Of a stretch of DNA of 64,000 bases, positions 52,444-62,484 are shown in pieces. The position numbers and the translations under genes are program-made. Positions within the stretch are counted from its first letter, which is position 1. Each line of letters opens with the position of its first letter. Location of the stretch: assembly GCA_949293905.1 (NCBI GenBank), contig CASFFG010000001.1, forward strand, positions 131,240 to 195,239. The letters run 5' to 3'. The notes below the pieces were generated by a model. It had not been told where the DNA came from. It did no database searches and worked only from the letters and a program-made list of their open reading frames with translations. This DNA is from an uncultured Christensenella sp. (GTDB taxonomy: Bacteria; Bacillota; Clostridia; Christensenellales; UBA1242).

Positions 52444-54678
52444 TTAATTATTTTTTACTTTTTTATTTTTAACCTTTTTGCTATTAATTTTCTCATGATT
52501 TGATTCGTCTTCTTTCCTATTGATTATATCAAGATAAAACTCTTCTAGACTTACATTCTTTTCTTTCAATTCGTCCAATTTTAAACTTGTTACAATCTTA
52601 CCATTTTTAATGATAATAATTCTATCGCATAATTTTTCAACGATATCTATTATATGACTTGAAAAGAAAACTATATTACCCTTTTCAGCGTGCTTTTTCA
52701 TACACTCTTTCACTTCATAGATTGAATTAGGGTCGAGTCCTGTTAGCGGTTCGTCCAAAATCCAGAGTTTAGGTTCGTGAATTAACGCGCTCATTATTGC
52801 GATTTTCTGTTTCATTCCGTGACTATATGTCCTAATCTGCGAATCTATGCTTGATTGCATGCTTAAATCTTTAAGCATCTTTTCAAGCCTAATATCTCTA
52901 TCCTTTTTTGACACACCATATAAATCAGCAATGTAGTTTATATACTCCCTTCCAGTAAGCCTTTCATACAAGGCGTAATGGTCAGGGACAAAACCAAACC
53001 TTGATTTTGCTTGAACTGGTTGTTTTTCAATGTCGTAACCATCTATTTCAATAGAGCCATATGTTACAGGTTGTATTCCAACAATACATTTGATAATCGT
53101 ACTTTTACCTGCTCCATTTGGACCTAAAAATCCTAAAATTTCACCAGAATTTGCTTCGAAAGACATATCCTCAACCGAAAAGTTTTTATTGTTACCATAT
53201 CGTTTTGAAACATTATTTACAACCAGTTTATTGACACTTTCGTTGTTCATACACTCTCCTAAATCATTTTTCCCATACTTGACACATAATGCAAGTTCGT
53301 CCAATTTAATTTTTCTTCGCTTATCAATCAACATTTCATAAAAATCTTGAATTTGGAACAACCATGTGTAGAAGAACCACATTATCAATCCAAAGCACAC
53401 ATATACCATGAAGAATATGCTTTGATACGCTGGATAGAATACAAGCGTATTGCCACCAATTTTAACATTCCATGTTATATCAAACAAATTTTCCGCCCAT
53501 GTGCCCAGTTTTTCTGCGATGAAATTAGAATTTACAAAGAAGAAATCGGTCGATGTACCAGCACTTGTGAACCACGCATTTAAAATTAAAACTAATAGGA
53601 AATAAAGCAAAAATCCAACTATTGAGTATATAAATTGTTTCAGTTTCGGTCGCTTATATACCCCTAAAAACACAATTAATAGTGGCATGACAAATGCAAT
53701 AATGTGATTTATCCAAAAACTAACTATCGTGTGCGCTGTGAATCCCAAAGAAACTGAATAATTAGGCATCAGCATCGCAAAGAACGCACCTATAACATTT
53801 ATAAAGAAAGTAAAGTAAAATAATTTTTCCCACTTGAAGATTAAACATAACAGAATTATGAACATCGCAGTATTACACAAGTGCAAAGGCCATGAAGATG
53901 GTGTTATAAACGAAATAAATGTGTAATTTGAACAATATGTTATGAGGGTGACGAGTGAAATGTACAGCAATACCATTCTAATGTACCCTCTATCTCGCTT
54001 CCTCAGTAGGAAGTACAAGCCGAAAAGCACAATGAATGTAATGTATAAATAAATTCTATGGTAGAACTTCAAATCACTTACCATTCCCACGCCCACTGTT
54101 CCAAACAATGTGCTGAGCAGGTAACTAGGAATTGAAAATACAAGAACTATTGGAAGGGATAAAAATAGTTCTTTTAATTCACTTTTCTCTATTTTAAAGA
54201 AGTTATCTGTAACTAAAATATAGAATGAATAGAATATCGACAAACCGACTTCTATTGATATGAATGCACCACATAATGACAAATCATAACTACCAGTAAA
54301 TGAATAAATTATTTGATTTAAATATCCAATGTTAAATGCGTTTACAAATAGACAAAATGTTTTTGCTAAATTTTTTAAAACTCTAAATTTGAAAAATGGT
54401 AGTAAGACTAAAATCACGAAGGATGCAAACGACAACCACACCAGCACAACAACACTAAAACAGATAAAGGACGAATTAAATGGATTATTATATGTTAAAT
54501 TTAGACAATCATTAAATAGTGAACCTCTGACAGCATAGTAGCGAACGAAAAACACTATCAATAAAATAAGCGAAAAACTCTTTAATATCCAATCGGGTCT
54601 ACCCTTAAATATCTTTTTAAAAACGAAAAAGATCGCTAATGCGACAACTATTGTACCTACTAAAAAGATATAATTCAC
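52444..54678 (-). CDS. YwaF/TMEM164-like membrane domain fused to an ABC ATPase
   Basis: About 440-aa polytopic N-terminus with WPLHLCN, GAFFAMLMP, FWINH; C-terminal GPNGAGKST, YSHGM, LDEP, SSH. Confidence 0.85.
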   Translation of the reverse strand: MNYIFLVGTIVVALAIFFVFKKIFKGRPDWILKSFSLILLIVFFVRYYAVRGSLFNDCLNLTYNNPFNSSFICFSVVVLVWLSFASFVILVLLPFFKFRVLKNLAKTFCLFVNAFNIGYLNQIIYSFTGSYDLSLCGAFISIEVGLSIFYSFYILVTDNFFKIEKSELKELFLSLPIVLVFSIPSYLLSTLFGTVGVGMVSDLKFYHRIYLYITFIVLFGLYFLLRKRDRGYIRMVLLYISLVTLITYCSNYTFISFITPSSWPLHLCNTAMFIILLCLIFKWEKLFYFTFFINVIGAFFAMLMPNYSVSLGFTAHTIVSFWINHIIAFVMPLLIVFLGVYKRPKLKQFIYSIVGFLLYFLLVLILNAWFTSAGTSTDFFFVNSNFIAEKLGTWAENLFDITWNVKIGGNTLVFYPAYQSIFFMVYVCFGLIMWFFYTWLFQIQDFYEMLIDKRRKIKLDELALCVKYGKNDLGECMNNESVNKLVVNNVSKRYGNNKNFSVEDMSFEANSGEILGFLGPNGAGKSTIIKCIVGIQPVTYGSIEIDGYDIEKQPVQAKSRFGFVPDHYALYERLTGREYINYIADLYGVSKKDRDIRLEKMLKDLSMQSSIDSQIRTYSHGMKQKIAIMSALIHEPKLWILDEPLTGLDPNSIYEVKECMKKHAEKGNIVFFSSHIIDIVEKLCDRIIIIKNGKIVTSLKLDELKEKNVSLEEFYLDIINRKEDESNHEKINSKKVKNKKVKNN

Positions 54679-54921
54679 GATCTTTTTCCTTCTCTATCCT
54701 TATTCTATTCATATGATTTTAACAAATAATATTTTTTAAGTCAATTATAAAAGTCATTAAATCACATTTTTAAAAAATTTGTTTAAAGATGTCTAAAATT
54801 ATATCTAAAAGCGTGTGTGAATTTATATAAAATCACATAAAATGAAAATATTATTTTTTTATTTTGTATTGACAAGTAAAGCTTTTAGTTATATAATGCG
54901 AGCAAGGAGAAAGTTATAAAA

Positions 54922-56244
54922 ATGGATGCGGAAATTAGAGATAACATGATAATTGATAAACTAAATGTAATGTATCATGACGATGGTGCAACACCTGAAT
55001 TTATGAATTATGTAAATAGGTTACTTGTGGAAAAAGGTAGCACTGGTATTAAGATTTTAAGAGAATTAAATGCTGTTAAAGATTTTGAGTTGCCCGATGA
55101 ATTGCTATTAAAAATCTATGATTTAAAGAGTTTTGATGAGTTGGTCGAATTGGTCGCAAAAAGTAATAGTATTAAAGTTATATACCGTTTTGCGTACGCA
55201 CACCAAGATAAAAATCTAGGAAAACTGACTGACGCAATTTGTAAAAGTGAAAATTTAGAATATATCACTTTATTAGCATCCCTAGGGTTAAAAGGCATTG
55301 ATATAGAAAAATTAACGGATGTCGTAATAGAAAGTGGAAGTTTAGGATGGTTGTTACGCCTTACTGATGCTAAAAATGTAAATATTGAGAAAATAATAGA
55401 CGCAGTTTGCAAATCTAAATCCGGATATTATATTTACCATTTTGCAAAAGATGTTAAGGGCGCTAATATTAAAAAACTAACAGATGCGATTTGTGGAACT
55501 AAATCTGCTGAGGATATTTACAATTTTGCAAAAGATATTAAAGGCGCAGACATTGAGAAATTAACAGACGGTATATGTGAGACAGGATACCCTGAGTATA
55601 TTTATCTGTTCGCAAGAGATATTAAAGGCTCAAATATTGAAAAACTAACTGACGCGTTATGCAATGTACAAATTACTTTTAATTGCTCCGCCCATAATAA
55701 AGCATACTATATTTATCTGTTTGCAAGAGATATTAAGGGTGTTGATACCGAAAAACTTCAAGACGCGGTTTGTGAAACTGGTGCTGCTGAATACATATGT
55801 GCTTTTGCAGAAAATATCGAGGGCGCAGATATTAATAAACTAACTGACGCAATTTTAGTAACTGAGGATATAACCTACATACAAAGATTTGCTCAAAATG
55901 TTAAAGGAGCAGATTTAGAAAAAATTGCGCGTAAAATTTGTAAAACCGATTATCTTGGCTCAATCTGTAATTTTGCTATGACTACAAAAGGTGTAAGTTT
56001 AGACATTATTACAGATTATCTATCAAAAATACTTCTTAAAGCACCTCAATTTATTTATGTCGCTGCAGATTTTTGGAATTATGTGAAATTTTTAAAAGCA
56101 AATGATTTGGGTAATTTTAATAAAATAACTGACGCAATACTCCGCTCTAATCACGACGAATTTATTGAAAGACTCATTAAGATTAATAAAATTGCCGAAC
56201 GTGAAAAGGCTGAAAGTTTAGAGAGTTTAATAGATAATATTTAA
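54922..56244 (+). CDS. 28-aa tandem-repeat protein, paralog B, about 11-12 repeats
   Basis: Same repeat (DIEKLTDAICETGxxEYIYxFAKDIKGA) and homologous N-terminal cap as 4826-6484; own TTGACA-N17-TATAAT promoter and AAGGAG RBS. Confidence 0.85.
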   Translation: MDAEIRDNMIIDKLNVMYHDDGATPEFMNYVNRLLVEKGSTGIKILRELNAVKDFELPDELLLKIYDLKSFDELVELVAKSNSIKVIYRFAYAHQDKNLGKLTDAICKSENLEYITLLASLGLKGIDIEKLTDVVIESGSLGWLLRLTDAKNVNIEKIIDAVCKSKSGYYIYHFAKDVKGANIKKLTDAICGTKSAEDIYNFAKDIKGADIEKLTDGICETGYPEYIYLFARDIKGSNIEKLTDALCNVQITFNCSAHNKAYYIYLFARDIKGVDTEKLQDAVCETGAAEYICAFAENIEGADINKLTDAILVTEDITYIQRFAQNVKGADLEKIARKICKTDYLGSICNFAMTTKGVSLDIITDYLSKILLKAPQFIYVAADFWNYVKFLKANDLGNFNKITDAILRSNHDEFIERLIKINKIAEREKAESLESLIDNI

Positions 56245-56460
56245 TACCACTCCACCCACACTAGAAATTTTAGGGTGAGAGAAAACTAAAAAATGCACTT
56301 GTTTTATTTTAAGGAAAGATATTTGTCTTTCCTTTTTGTTTTTATTGAAATTTTCCTATATACTTAAAAGTCATAAGGCTTAACAATTTTTAAGCATAAA
56401 ATATTATAGCGCTAACATTGACAATGAAAAAGACGGATCGTATTGACCCGTCTAAATAAA

Positions 56461-56652
56461 TTAATTATTCTCTTTTTTCTCTTTTGAAACAACTTCCGCT
56501 CCGTCATAATAACCACAATTCTTACAAACTTGGTGTGCCACCTTTTTCTCGTGGCAATGTGGACATTCTACTAGTGTAGGAACAGTTGCTTTCCAATTCG
56601 CACGGCGCTTATCACGGCGTGATTTAGAGACTTTACCCTTAGGAACTGCCAT
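56461..56652 (-). CDS. rpmF: 50S ribosomal protein L32 (Zn-ribbon form)
   Basis: MAVPKGKVSKSRRDKRR, CPHC..CKNCGYY; GGAGG RBS. Confidence 0.97.
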   Translation of the reverse strand: MAVPKGKVSKSRRDKRRANWKATVPTLVECPHCHEKKVAHQVCKNCGYYDGAEVVSKEKKENN

Positions 56653-56661
56653 TTTATACCT

Positions 56662-56756
56662 CCATATAAATTTTCGTGCTCGCAAAAATCGGTCTTTACC
56701 GCGACTTTCTGGTCATACAATTTAATCATATAAAGCGAACACTCGACAAAATATGG
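56662..56756 (-). promoter_or_regulatory. Candidate multi-branched cis-regulatory leader of rpmF
   Basis: CCATAT/ATATGG and GTGTTCGC/GCGAGCAC closing stems around three inner hairpins; spans predicted TSS to RBS. Confidence 0.55.
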
Positions 56757-56855
56757 TTTGATTTTAACATATATTAAAATATTTGTCAACTAGTTTTTTA
56801 AATTTGTATTGACAATTTAGAAATTTGTGATAATATAATAGTAGCGAGGTGAAAT

Positions 56856-57245
56856 ATGAGAACAACTATTAGCATACCTAAGATGAACGGAAATGATGTA
56901 CAATTAGAAAAAATTGAAATTCCAGATGTCGAAAAAGAGATTAACAATACATATTTTGAAATCCGCGACGAAGCAGAAGGTATTTTACTTCGCGCTAAAG
57001 ATTTAGAATATGATATTACGAAAGACATAAAAGGTCAATTAAAGATAATTGAAGATGTTATTAAAGATAATAATAACCTTTATTTTAATGAAATAAGTGA
57101 TATTGACTTTAATGAAGAGCAAAATCTGGTTAATAAGTCTAGAATTGGTAAATGCTTATCTAAACTATTTGAACTAAGAAGCAAGTGTTTATCTATTAAA
57201 ATGCTATTGGAAGACAAAAGAATGACTATAAAAAATGAATTATAA
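56856..57245 (+). CDS. Orphan helical protein inserted antisense between ackA and rpmF
   Basis: 129 aa; TATTGACA promoter, GAGGTG RBS; bidirectional terminator AAAAAGAGAGTTT/AAACTCTCTTTTT downstream. Confidence 0.7.
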   Translation: MRTTISIPKMNGNDVQLEKIEIPDVEKEINNTYFEIRDEAEGILLRAKDLEYDITKDIKGQLKIIEDVIKDNNNLYFNEISDIDFNEEQNLVNKSRIGKCLSKLFELRSKCLSIKMLLEDKRMTIKNEL

Positions 57246-57301
57246 TATAATGAAAAAGAGAGTTTAAACTCTCTTTTTTAATGCTATTTAACTTATTAAT
57301 A

Positions 57302-58486
57302 CTATTTAACTAGGTTTGCTGTATCGGTCGCTATCATAAATTCTTCGTCCGTAGGAATACGATATACTTTAACCTTACTACCCTTTTTTGTAAATTCTTG
57401 GATAGTACCGCGCGGAGCAGTTTCGTTCAATTTAGAATCGAAATCAATTCCTAAGTATTCCATATCTTTACATACTGCTTCACGAACTAAATGGTCGTTT
57501 TCTCCCACTCCTGCTGTAAATATGATATAGTCAACTCCATTCATAGCGGCAGCATACGCACCGATGTATTTTTTTATAGAATAAACTAGCATATCAAACG
57601 CCAACTTTACTCTCGGCTTATCAAGATTGTCATCAATATCACGCAAATCACTAAGTCCGCCCGTAATTCCAGTAAGACCGCTCTTTTTATTGAGAAGGTC
57701 AATCGCTCCGTCTATATCAAGACCTTTGATTTCCATAATATCTTTTAACACGCTAGGGTCAACATCTCCTGAACGCGTACCCATTACTACGCCTGCAAGT
57801 GGAGTATATCCCATGGAAGTATCAATACATTTGCCGTCCTTTATCGCGCAAATACTACTACCACTACCGATATGGCAGGAAATTATCTTTTTACCTTTTA
57901 AGTCACCGAAAAGTTCTGCGCATTTCATGGCAATATATCTATGACTCGTTCCATGCGCACCATATCTACGAATTTTGTTATTCTCGTACAAATCATACGG
58001 AATAGCATACATATATGCTTTCTCTGGCATTGTGGAATGGAACGCCGTATCAAAAACTACTACATTCTTTATCTTTGGCATAATTTCCATACATGCGCTA
58101 ATTCCTAGAAGCGCTGCTGGATTATGCAATGGCGCGAAATGGATATAATTTTTCAAATCTTCGTAAATTTCTTTTGTAACTACAATAGATTTATTATACT
58201 TCTCGCCGAAGTTAACCATTCTATGTCCAATCGCTTTAATTTCATCTAAATTTTTGATTACGCCGATTTTTTTATCGGTCAAAGTGGACAAAACGAGTTG
58301 GAATGCTTGCTTATGGGTAGGCATATCATGTTCGATGACATGCTTCTCGCTTGTCTTATATTCCATAAAAGCCTTTTCTAGACCTATGCGTTGGCAGTAA
58401 GCCTTGGCTAACACTTTTCCATCGTCGGTTTCCATTAATTGTGCTTTGAGCGAACTGCTACCTGAATTAATAACTAAAACTTTCAT
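57302..58486 (-). CDS. ackA: Acetate kinase
   Basis: INSGSSSLK, APLHNP, FDTAFH, YGAHGTSH, GTRSGD. Confidence 0.97.
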   Translation of the reverse strand: MKVLVINSGSSSLKAQLMETDDGKVLAKAYCQRIGLEKAFMEYKTSEKHVIEHDMPTHKQAFQLVLSTLTDKKIGVIKNLDEIKAIGHRMVNFGEKYNKSIVVTKEIYEDLKNYIHFAPLHNPAALLGISACMEIMPKIKNVVVFDTAFHSTMPEKAYMYAIPYDLYENNKIRRYGAHGTSHRYIAMKCAELFGDLKGKKIISCHIGSGSSICAIKDGKCIDTSMGYTPLAGVVMGTRSGDVDPSVLKDIMEIKGLDIDGAIDLLNKKSGLTGITGGLSDLRDIDDNLDKPRVKLAFDMLVYSIKKYIGAYAAAMNGVDYIIFTAGVGENDHLVREAVCKDMEYLGIDFDSKLNETAPRGTIQEFTKKGSKVKVYRIPTDEEFMIATDTANLVK

Positions 58487-58602
58487 TTTTTCTCCTATTT
58501 AATTAATAACAAATATTTTATCATTAAAATCAAAAAAAAGCAAAACATTTTAGATTGATTTCTATAATTTGTTTTGCTCTAGTTTCATAAAACTTAATAT
58601 AA

Positions 58603-59571
58603 TTAGTTTGATTTAGTCAATAGTTTTGTAATACAAACTGTATCAACAATTTCGTCTATCGTGCAACCACGACTTAAATCGTTAACTGGCTTATTGAAAT
58701 TCAGCATTATTGGCCCGATTGCGCTAAAATTGCCTAAATTTGCGACCAATTTATATCCAATATTTCCTGCATTTAAGTCTGGGAATACTAGAACATTCGC
58801 TCTTCCTCCTACTTCACTCGTAATTCCCTTTTTCTTAGCGGTCGTCAAATTTAGTGCGGTGTCCGCTTGCATTTCGCCGTCCACCTTAAATTTAGAAGCC
58901 TTGGCAATTTCGGTAGCATTTGCAACCTTATCTACCAAATCACTTTTTGCACTTCCATGCGTTGAATAACTAAGAAGCGCAACTTTCGGCTCTATCCCCA
59001 ACACATCTTGCATAAATTCGGCGCTGGATATTGCAATCTCTCCCAATTCTTCACTAGTAGGATTAACATTTAGCGATATATCGGCAAAGACTTTCGGTTC
59101 ACTATCCTTTCTTACCATTAACATAGCACCAACAACTATTGACTTATTCGCTTTCGTCTTAATGGTCTGTAATGCTGGGCGAAGAGTATCTGCTGTCGTC
59201 CATTTTGCGCCCGCCACCAAACCGTCCGCAATATTATTTTTAAGCAACATACACGAAAAATATGCGGGATTTTTTATAAGTTCGTCCGCCTGCTCGCTGG
59301 TCATTCCCTTATGTTTCCTTAACTGATAAAGGCGTTTAGATAGCGATGATATTCCACTATAATTTTCAATGTCGATTATTGTACATAGTTCGCTGTTCTG
59401 TAAAATTGGCGGAAATTCTTCCCGTTTACCTAGTACTATTATTTTGGACAATTTCTTCTTAACTATGATTTCGCACGCGCGCATAACTCGTTCGTCTAAA
59501 TTAGCCTCTGGCAAAACTATAGTTGCGTCTATATCTTTAGCGCGTTTTTTTAGTTCGTTTAGTATCTTCAT
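58603..59571 (-). CDS. pta: Phosphate acetyltransferase
   Basis: IVLPE, LSYSTHGS, DGEMQAD, FPDLNAGNIGYK, PVNDLSRG. Confidence 0.95.
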   Translation of the reverse strand: MKILNELKKRAKDIDATIVLPEANLDERVMRACEIIVKKKLSKIIVLGKREEFPPILQNSELCTIIDIENYSGISSLSKRLYQLRKHKGMTSEQADELIKNPAYFSCMLLKNNIADGLVAGAKWTTADTLRPALQTIKTKANKSIVVGAMLMVRKDSEPKVFADISLNVNPTSEELGEIAISSAEFMQDVLGIEPKVALLSYSTHGSAKSDLVDKVANATEIAKASKFKVDGEMQADTALNLTTAKKKGITSEVGGRANVLVFPDLNAGNIGYKLVANLGNFSAIGPIMLNFNKPVNDLSRGCTIDEIVDTVCITKLLTKSN

Positions 59572-60367
59572 CTTTTATCCCCAGTAATTCTTTAATTTCT
59601 TTTAAATGTGCCTTTGCCGCCCTTTCTCCATATTTAATAGATTTCTCGGCTGTAACTCTACTAAAATCTGTTTGGCTGACATGTGGTTGAGTAACTTCAA
59701 TTCGTAAATCCGCATTTTTCGGCTTATAACTTACTATAGTTTGAGTCATAAGCGTAATTGAATTAATCAACGTTTGTATGATTTTATATTTCGATTTATC
59801 TAATTGTTTGCTATATTCTCCTATCGGGTCAATCGATATAATTACAGCGTCTGGCAAATGCTTACGCGCGACATCTTCCGGAAGATTATTGAGCAATCCG
59901 CCGTCAACATAATAATGCTCGCCGATTTTAACTCGTGGGAACAGGCTTGGTACTGATATGCTCGCCATAATTCCTTCTCTAAGCAATCCCGAGTCAAAAT
60001 GCTTTTCACGCCCGGTTTCCAGTTCTGTAGCGACAGAAATAAACTTAATTTTAGTTTCATCAAAAGTCATATCGCCTATCTCGCGCTTAATTATTCGGCG
60101 AACTCGTCCTGTATCAAGAATATTATCTTTAAAAAGGGCATTTATTAGATTCACTATACCTAGATAATTAAAACTCAATGCAAGTTTTTCTAATTCTTTT
60201 ACCTTTTTGCCCGCTGAATACATTCCACCGACAAGTGCACCCATTGATGTCCCGACTATCATATCGGGAATTATTCCATTTGCTTCTAGCACTTTTAGTA
60301 CGCCAATATGAGCAAACCCCTTTGATGAACCACCACCCAAAACAAGAACAAACTTCTTCTTTTTCAT
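59537..60367 (-). CDS. Patatin-like phospholipase (YlbK-like)
   Basis: LGGGSSKG, GTSMG (catalytic Ser), DGG. Confidence 0.9.
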   Translation of the reverse strand: MKKKKFVLVLGGGSSKGFAHIGVLKVLEANGIIPDMIVGTSMGALVGGMYSAGKKVKELEKLALSFNYLGIVNLINALFKDNILDTGRVRRIIKREIGDMTFDETKIKFISVATELETGREKHFDSGLLREGIMASISVPSLFPRVKIGEHYYVDGGLLNNLPEDVARKHLPDAVIISIDPIGEYSKQLDKSKYKIIQTLINSITLMTQTIVSYKPKNADLRIEVTQPHVSQTDFSRVTAEKSIKYGERAAKAHLKEIKELLGIKDEDTKRTKKTR

Positions 60368-60397
60368 AAACACCTTCTCAAATTAATATAATTATAT

Positions 60398-61390
60398 ATG
60401 ATTGTCCGTAATAAATCAAACAAAAATTCAAAATTATCTCGCAGTATTTTCATTTTTTTATTATTTGCGGTTTGCTTAATTTTTATAACTAACCCTAGTG
60501 CCTATTCTCGCTCATGTCTAGACGCGATAACTGTTTGGGCATTGAATGTGCTTCCTGTATTATTTCCTTTCTTTATTTTTACTAGGTTAATTGTCAATCT
60601 CGTAAACATTAAGCCCAATTTCATGGACAAGTTCTTTAAGAAGGTTTACCACACGCCTAGCCCTAGTTTTTTAGTGTATGTTCTTTCTATAATCTCTGGT
60701 TATCCAATGGGAGCAAAATTGATTTGTACTCTTTATGAGAATAATTCAATAGACAAAGAAAGCGCAAGTAAAATGCTATCATTTTGCTCTGTCAGTGGAC
60801 CTATGTTTATCATTGGAACGGTTGGAGTTGGCTTTTTAAATAGTTATTTTGCGGGAGTAATTATACTTATAGCAAATATCATTGCAAGTTTACTAAACGG
60901 GCTTATTTACCGCGGAAAATCGGCTCAAACTTCGACTGAATTTAAATATGAAAGCAAAAGAAAAATGGATATATTGTCTAGTTCTGTTTATGACTCGCTT
61001 GTTTCTATTTTAATGGTTGGCGCGTACATTGTATTAAGCTTTTTAATCATTGATGTATTTAATAACTTAGGGGTTTTCAATTTTCTTGCTAACACTATAT
61101 ATAGTGTATCTAATTTAAATAATAGCCATGATATTGTTGCATCTACTTTAATCGGCACGGTTGAAATGACGCGTGGAATTTTGGAAATTTCTAACACTCA
61201 AGCAAGTTTAAAACTAATGACTATAATTTCTAGTACGCTAATATCTTTCGGTGGAGTCAGTATAATTTTGCAATCTCTATCCTTTTTAGAAAAACTAAAA
61301 ATGAGTGCGGGTCATATGATTTTACAAAAGTTTACACAAGCGATAATTTGCCTTATTATAACAATTATATTATCCTATATTTTCTTATAA
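60398..61390 (+). CDS. ylbJ: Sporulation integral membrane protein YlbJ (nucleoside-recognition/GATE family)
   Basis: VLPVLFPF, SGYPMGAK, GPMFIIGTVG, EMTRG, FGGVSIILQ; divergent from the patatin gene as in Bacillus ylbJ/ylbK. Confidence 0.85.
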   Translation: MIVRNKSNKNSKLSRSIFIFLLFAVCLIFITNPSAYSRSCLDAITVWALNVLPVLFPFFIFTRLIVNLVNIKPNFMDKFFKKVYHTPSPSFLVYVLSIISGYPMGAKLICTLYENNSIDKESASKMLSFCSVSGPMFIIGTVGVGFLNSYFAGVIILIANIIASLLNGLIYRGKSAQTSTEFKYESKRKMDILSSSVYDSLVSILMVGAYIVLSFLIIDVFNNLGVFNFLANTIYSVSNLNNSHDIVASTLIGTVEMTRGILEISNTQASLKLMTIISSTLISFGGVSIILQSLSFLEKLKMSAGHMILQKFTQAIICLIITIILSYIFL

Positions 61391-61650
61391 CTATCAAATC
61401 ACATCTAATTATAAGGGATTTATTTAGAACAAAAAACAAACGACTATTTTTAAGAACTCTTAAAATATTTTGCCATAAAGTTTTAGACATGACCAGATAT
61501 TATATCTTAAAATTTAGTTAATGATTGAAATTACACAACTAAAGATTTTTAGAAATAAAATATTTGAAATACTCTCTTGATTTTTAAAATTAATATTAAT
61601 TTAATTGACTTTTAATATTTCTTTTAGATAAAATAATTATGAGGTAAATT

Positions 61651-62199
61651 ATGCAGACAAAACGATATGAATATCATTATAAAGATGTCCCTGCTATTAA
61701 AAAGGATATTGCTGTTAGAGTTGTTTTCGCGCTACTATTCTTCGCTATTTTCTTTTGGCAAATAACTTCAACTTTAATAAATTTCCGTAATAATGGCGGA
61801 CTTTCTACTATTGAACTTACCATGTCTATTTATGTATTGCTTATGTCTGCTGTCATGGGTCTAATCGCTCTACTTTACGCGAACAAAGATTTGAAAATCC
61901 TTAATCAAATTCATAGGCGTGGCAAGGCTGTCCGCCCTATGACCCCCATTTTTAAAATAGATAAAACCAGTTTTGCGCGTCTATATTCTGTAATTAATTT
62001 CATTATTACTATCGCCATGATTGCAGTGCTCGCATGCGGAATTACTATGTTTGTACTTGAACTTGTCTATTATTCAACAATTTCATACTATCTCCCATTG
62101 CTCGTCCTTCTCTCCCTATGCGGGTTAAACAGTGTGTACCATATTAGGAATGAGATGAAGATTATGAAAAATGTTCAGGAGTTTAGTAGAGCATATTAA
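61651..62199 (+). CDS. Hypothetical 4-TM membrane protein
   Basis: GAGGT RBS; four hydrophobic segments. Confidence 0.75.
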   Translation: MQTKRYEYHYKDVPAIKKDIAVRVVFALLFFAIFFWQITSTLINFRNNGGLSTIELTMSIYVLLMSAVMGLIALLYANKDLKILNQIHRRGKAVRPMTPIFKIDKTSFARLYSVINFIITIAMIAVLACGITMFVLELVYYSTISYYLPLLVLLSLCGLNSVYHIRNEMKIMKNVQEFSRAY

Positions 62200-62484
62200 A
62201 TTGATTAGGGCATTTATTGTCCTTTTTTATTAATTTTTTATGTATCAATTAGTTTTAATTTATATTAGTTTTAATTAGTGTATAATAATATTATTCGATT
62301 TTTAAGAAAACACTATTTATCGTATTTTTAATTTTTGTTATCTTTATATAAAATTTCAGTTTGAATTAAGTAAATCATTCAATATATAAAAAAATTTTTA
62401 AAATCAACAAATTTTTAATTTTGTGTTGTTAAGATTTTAAAATCAATCCGCTATAATGTAGTCGTATCAAAAAGGAGGTAAATT

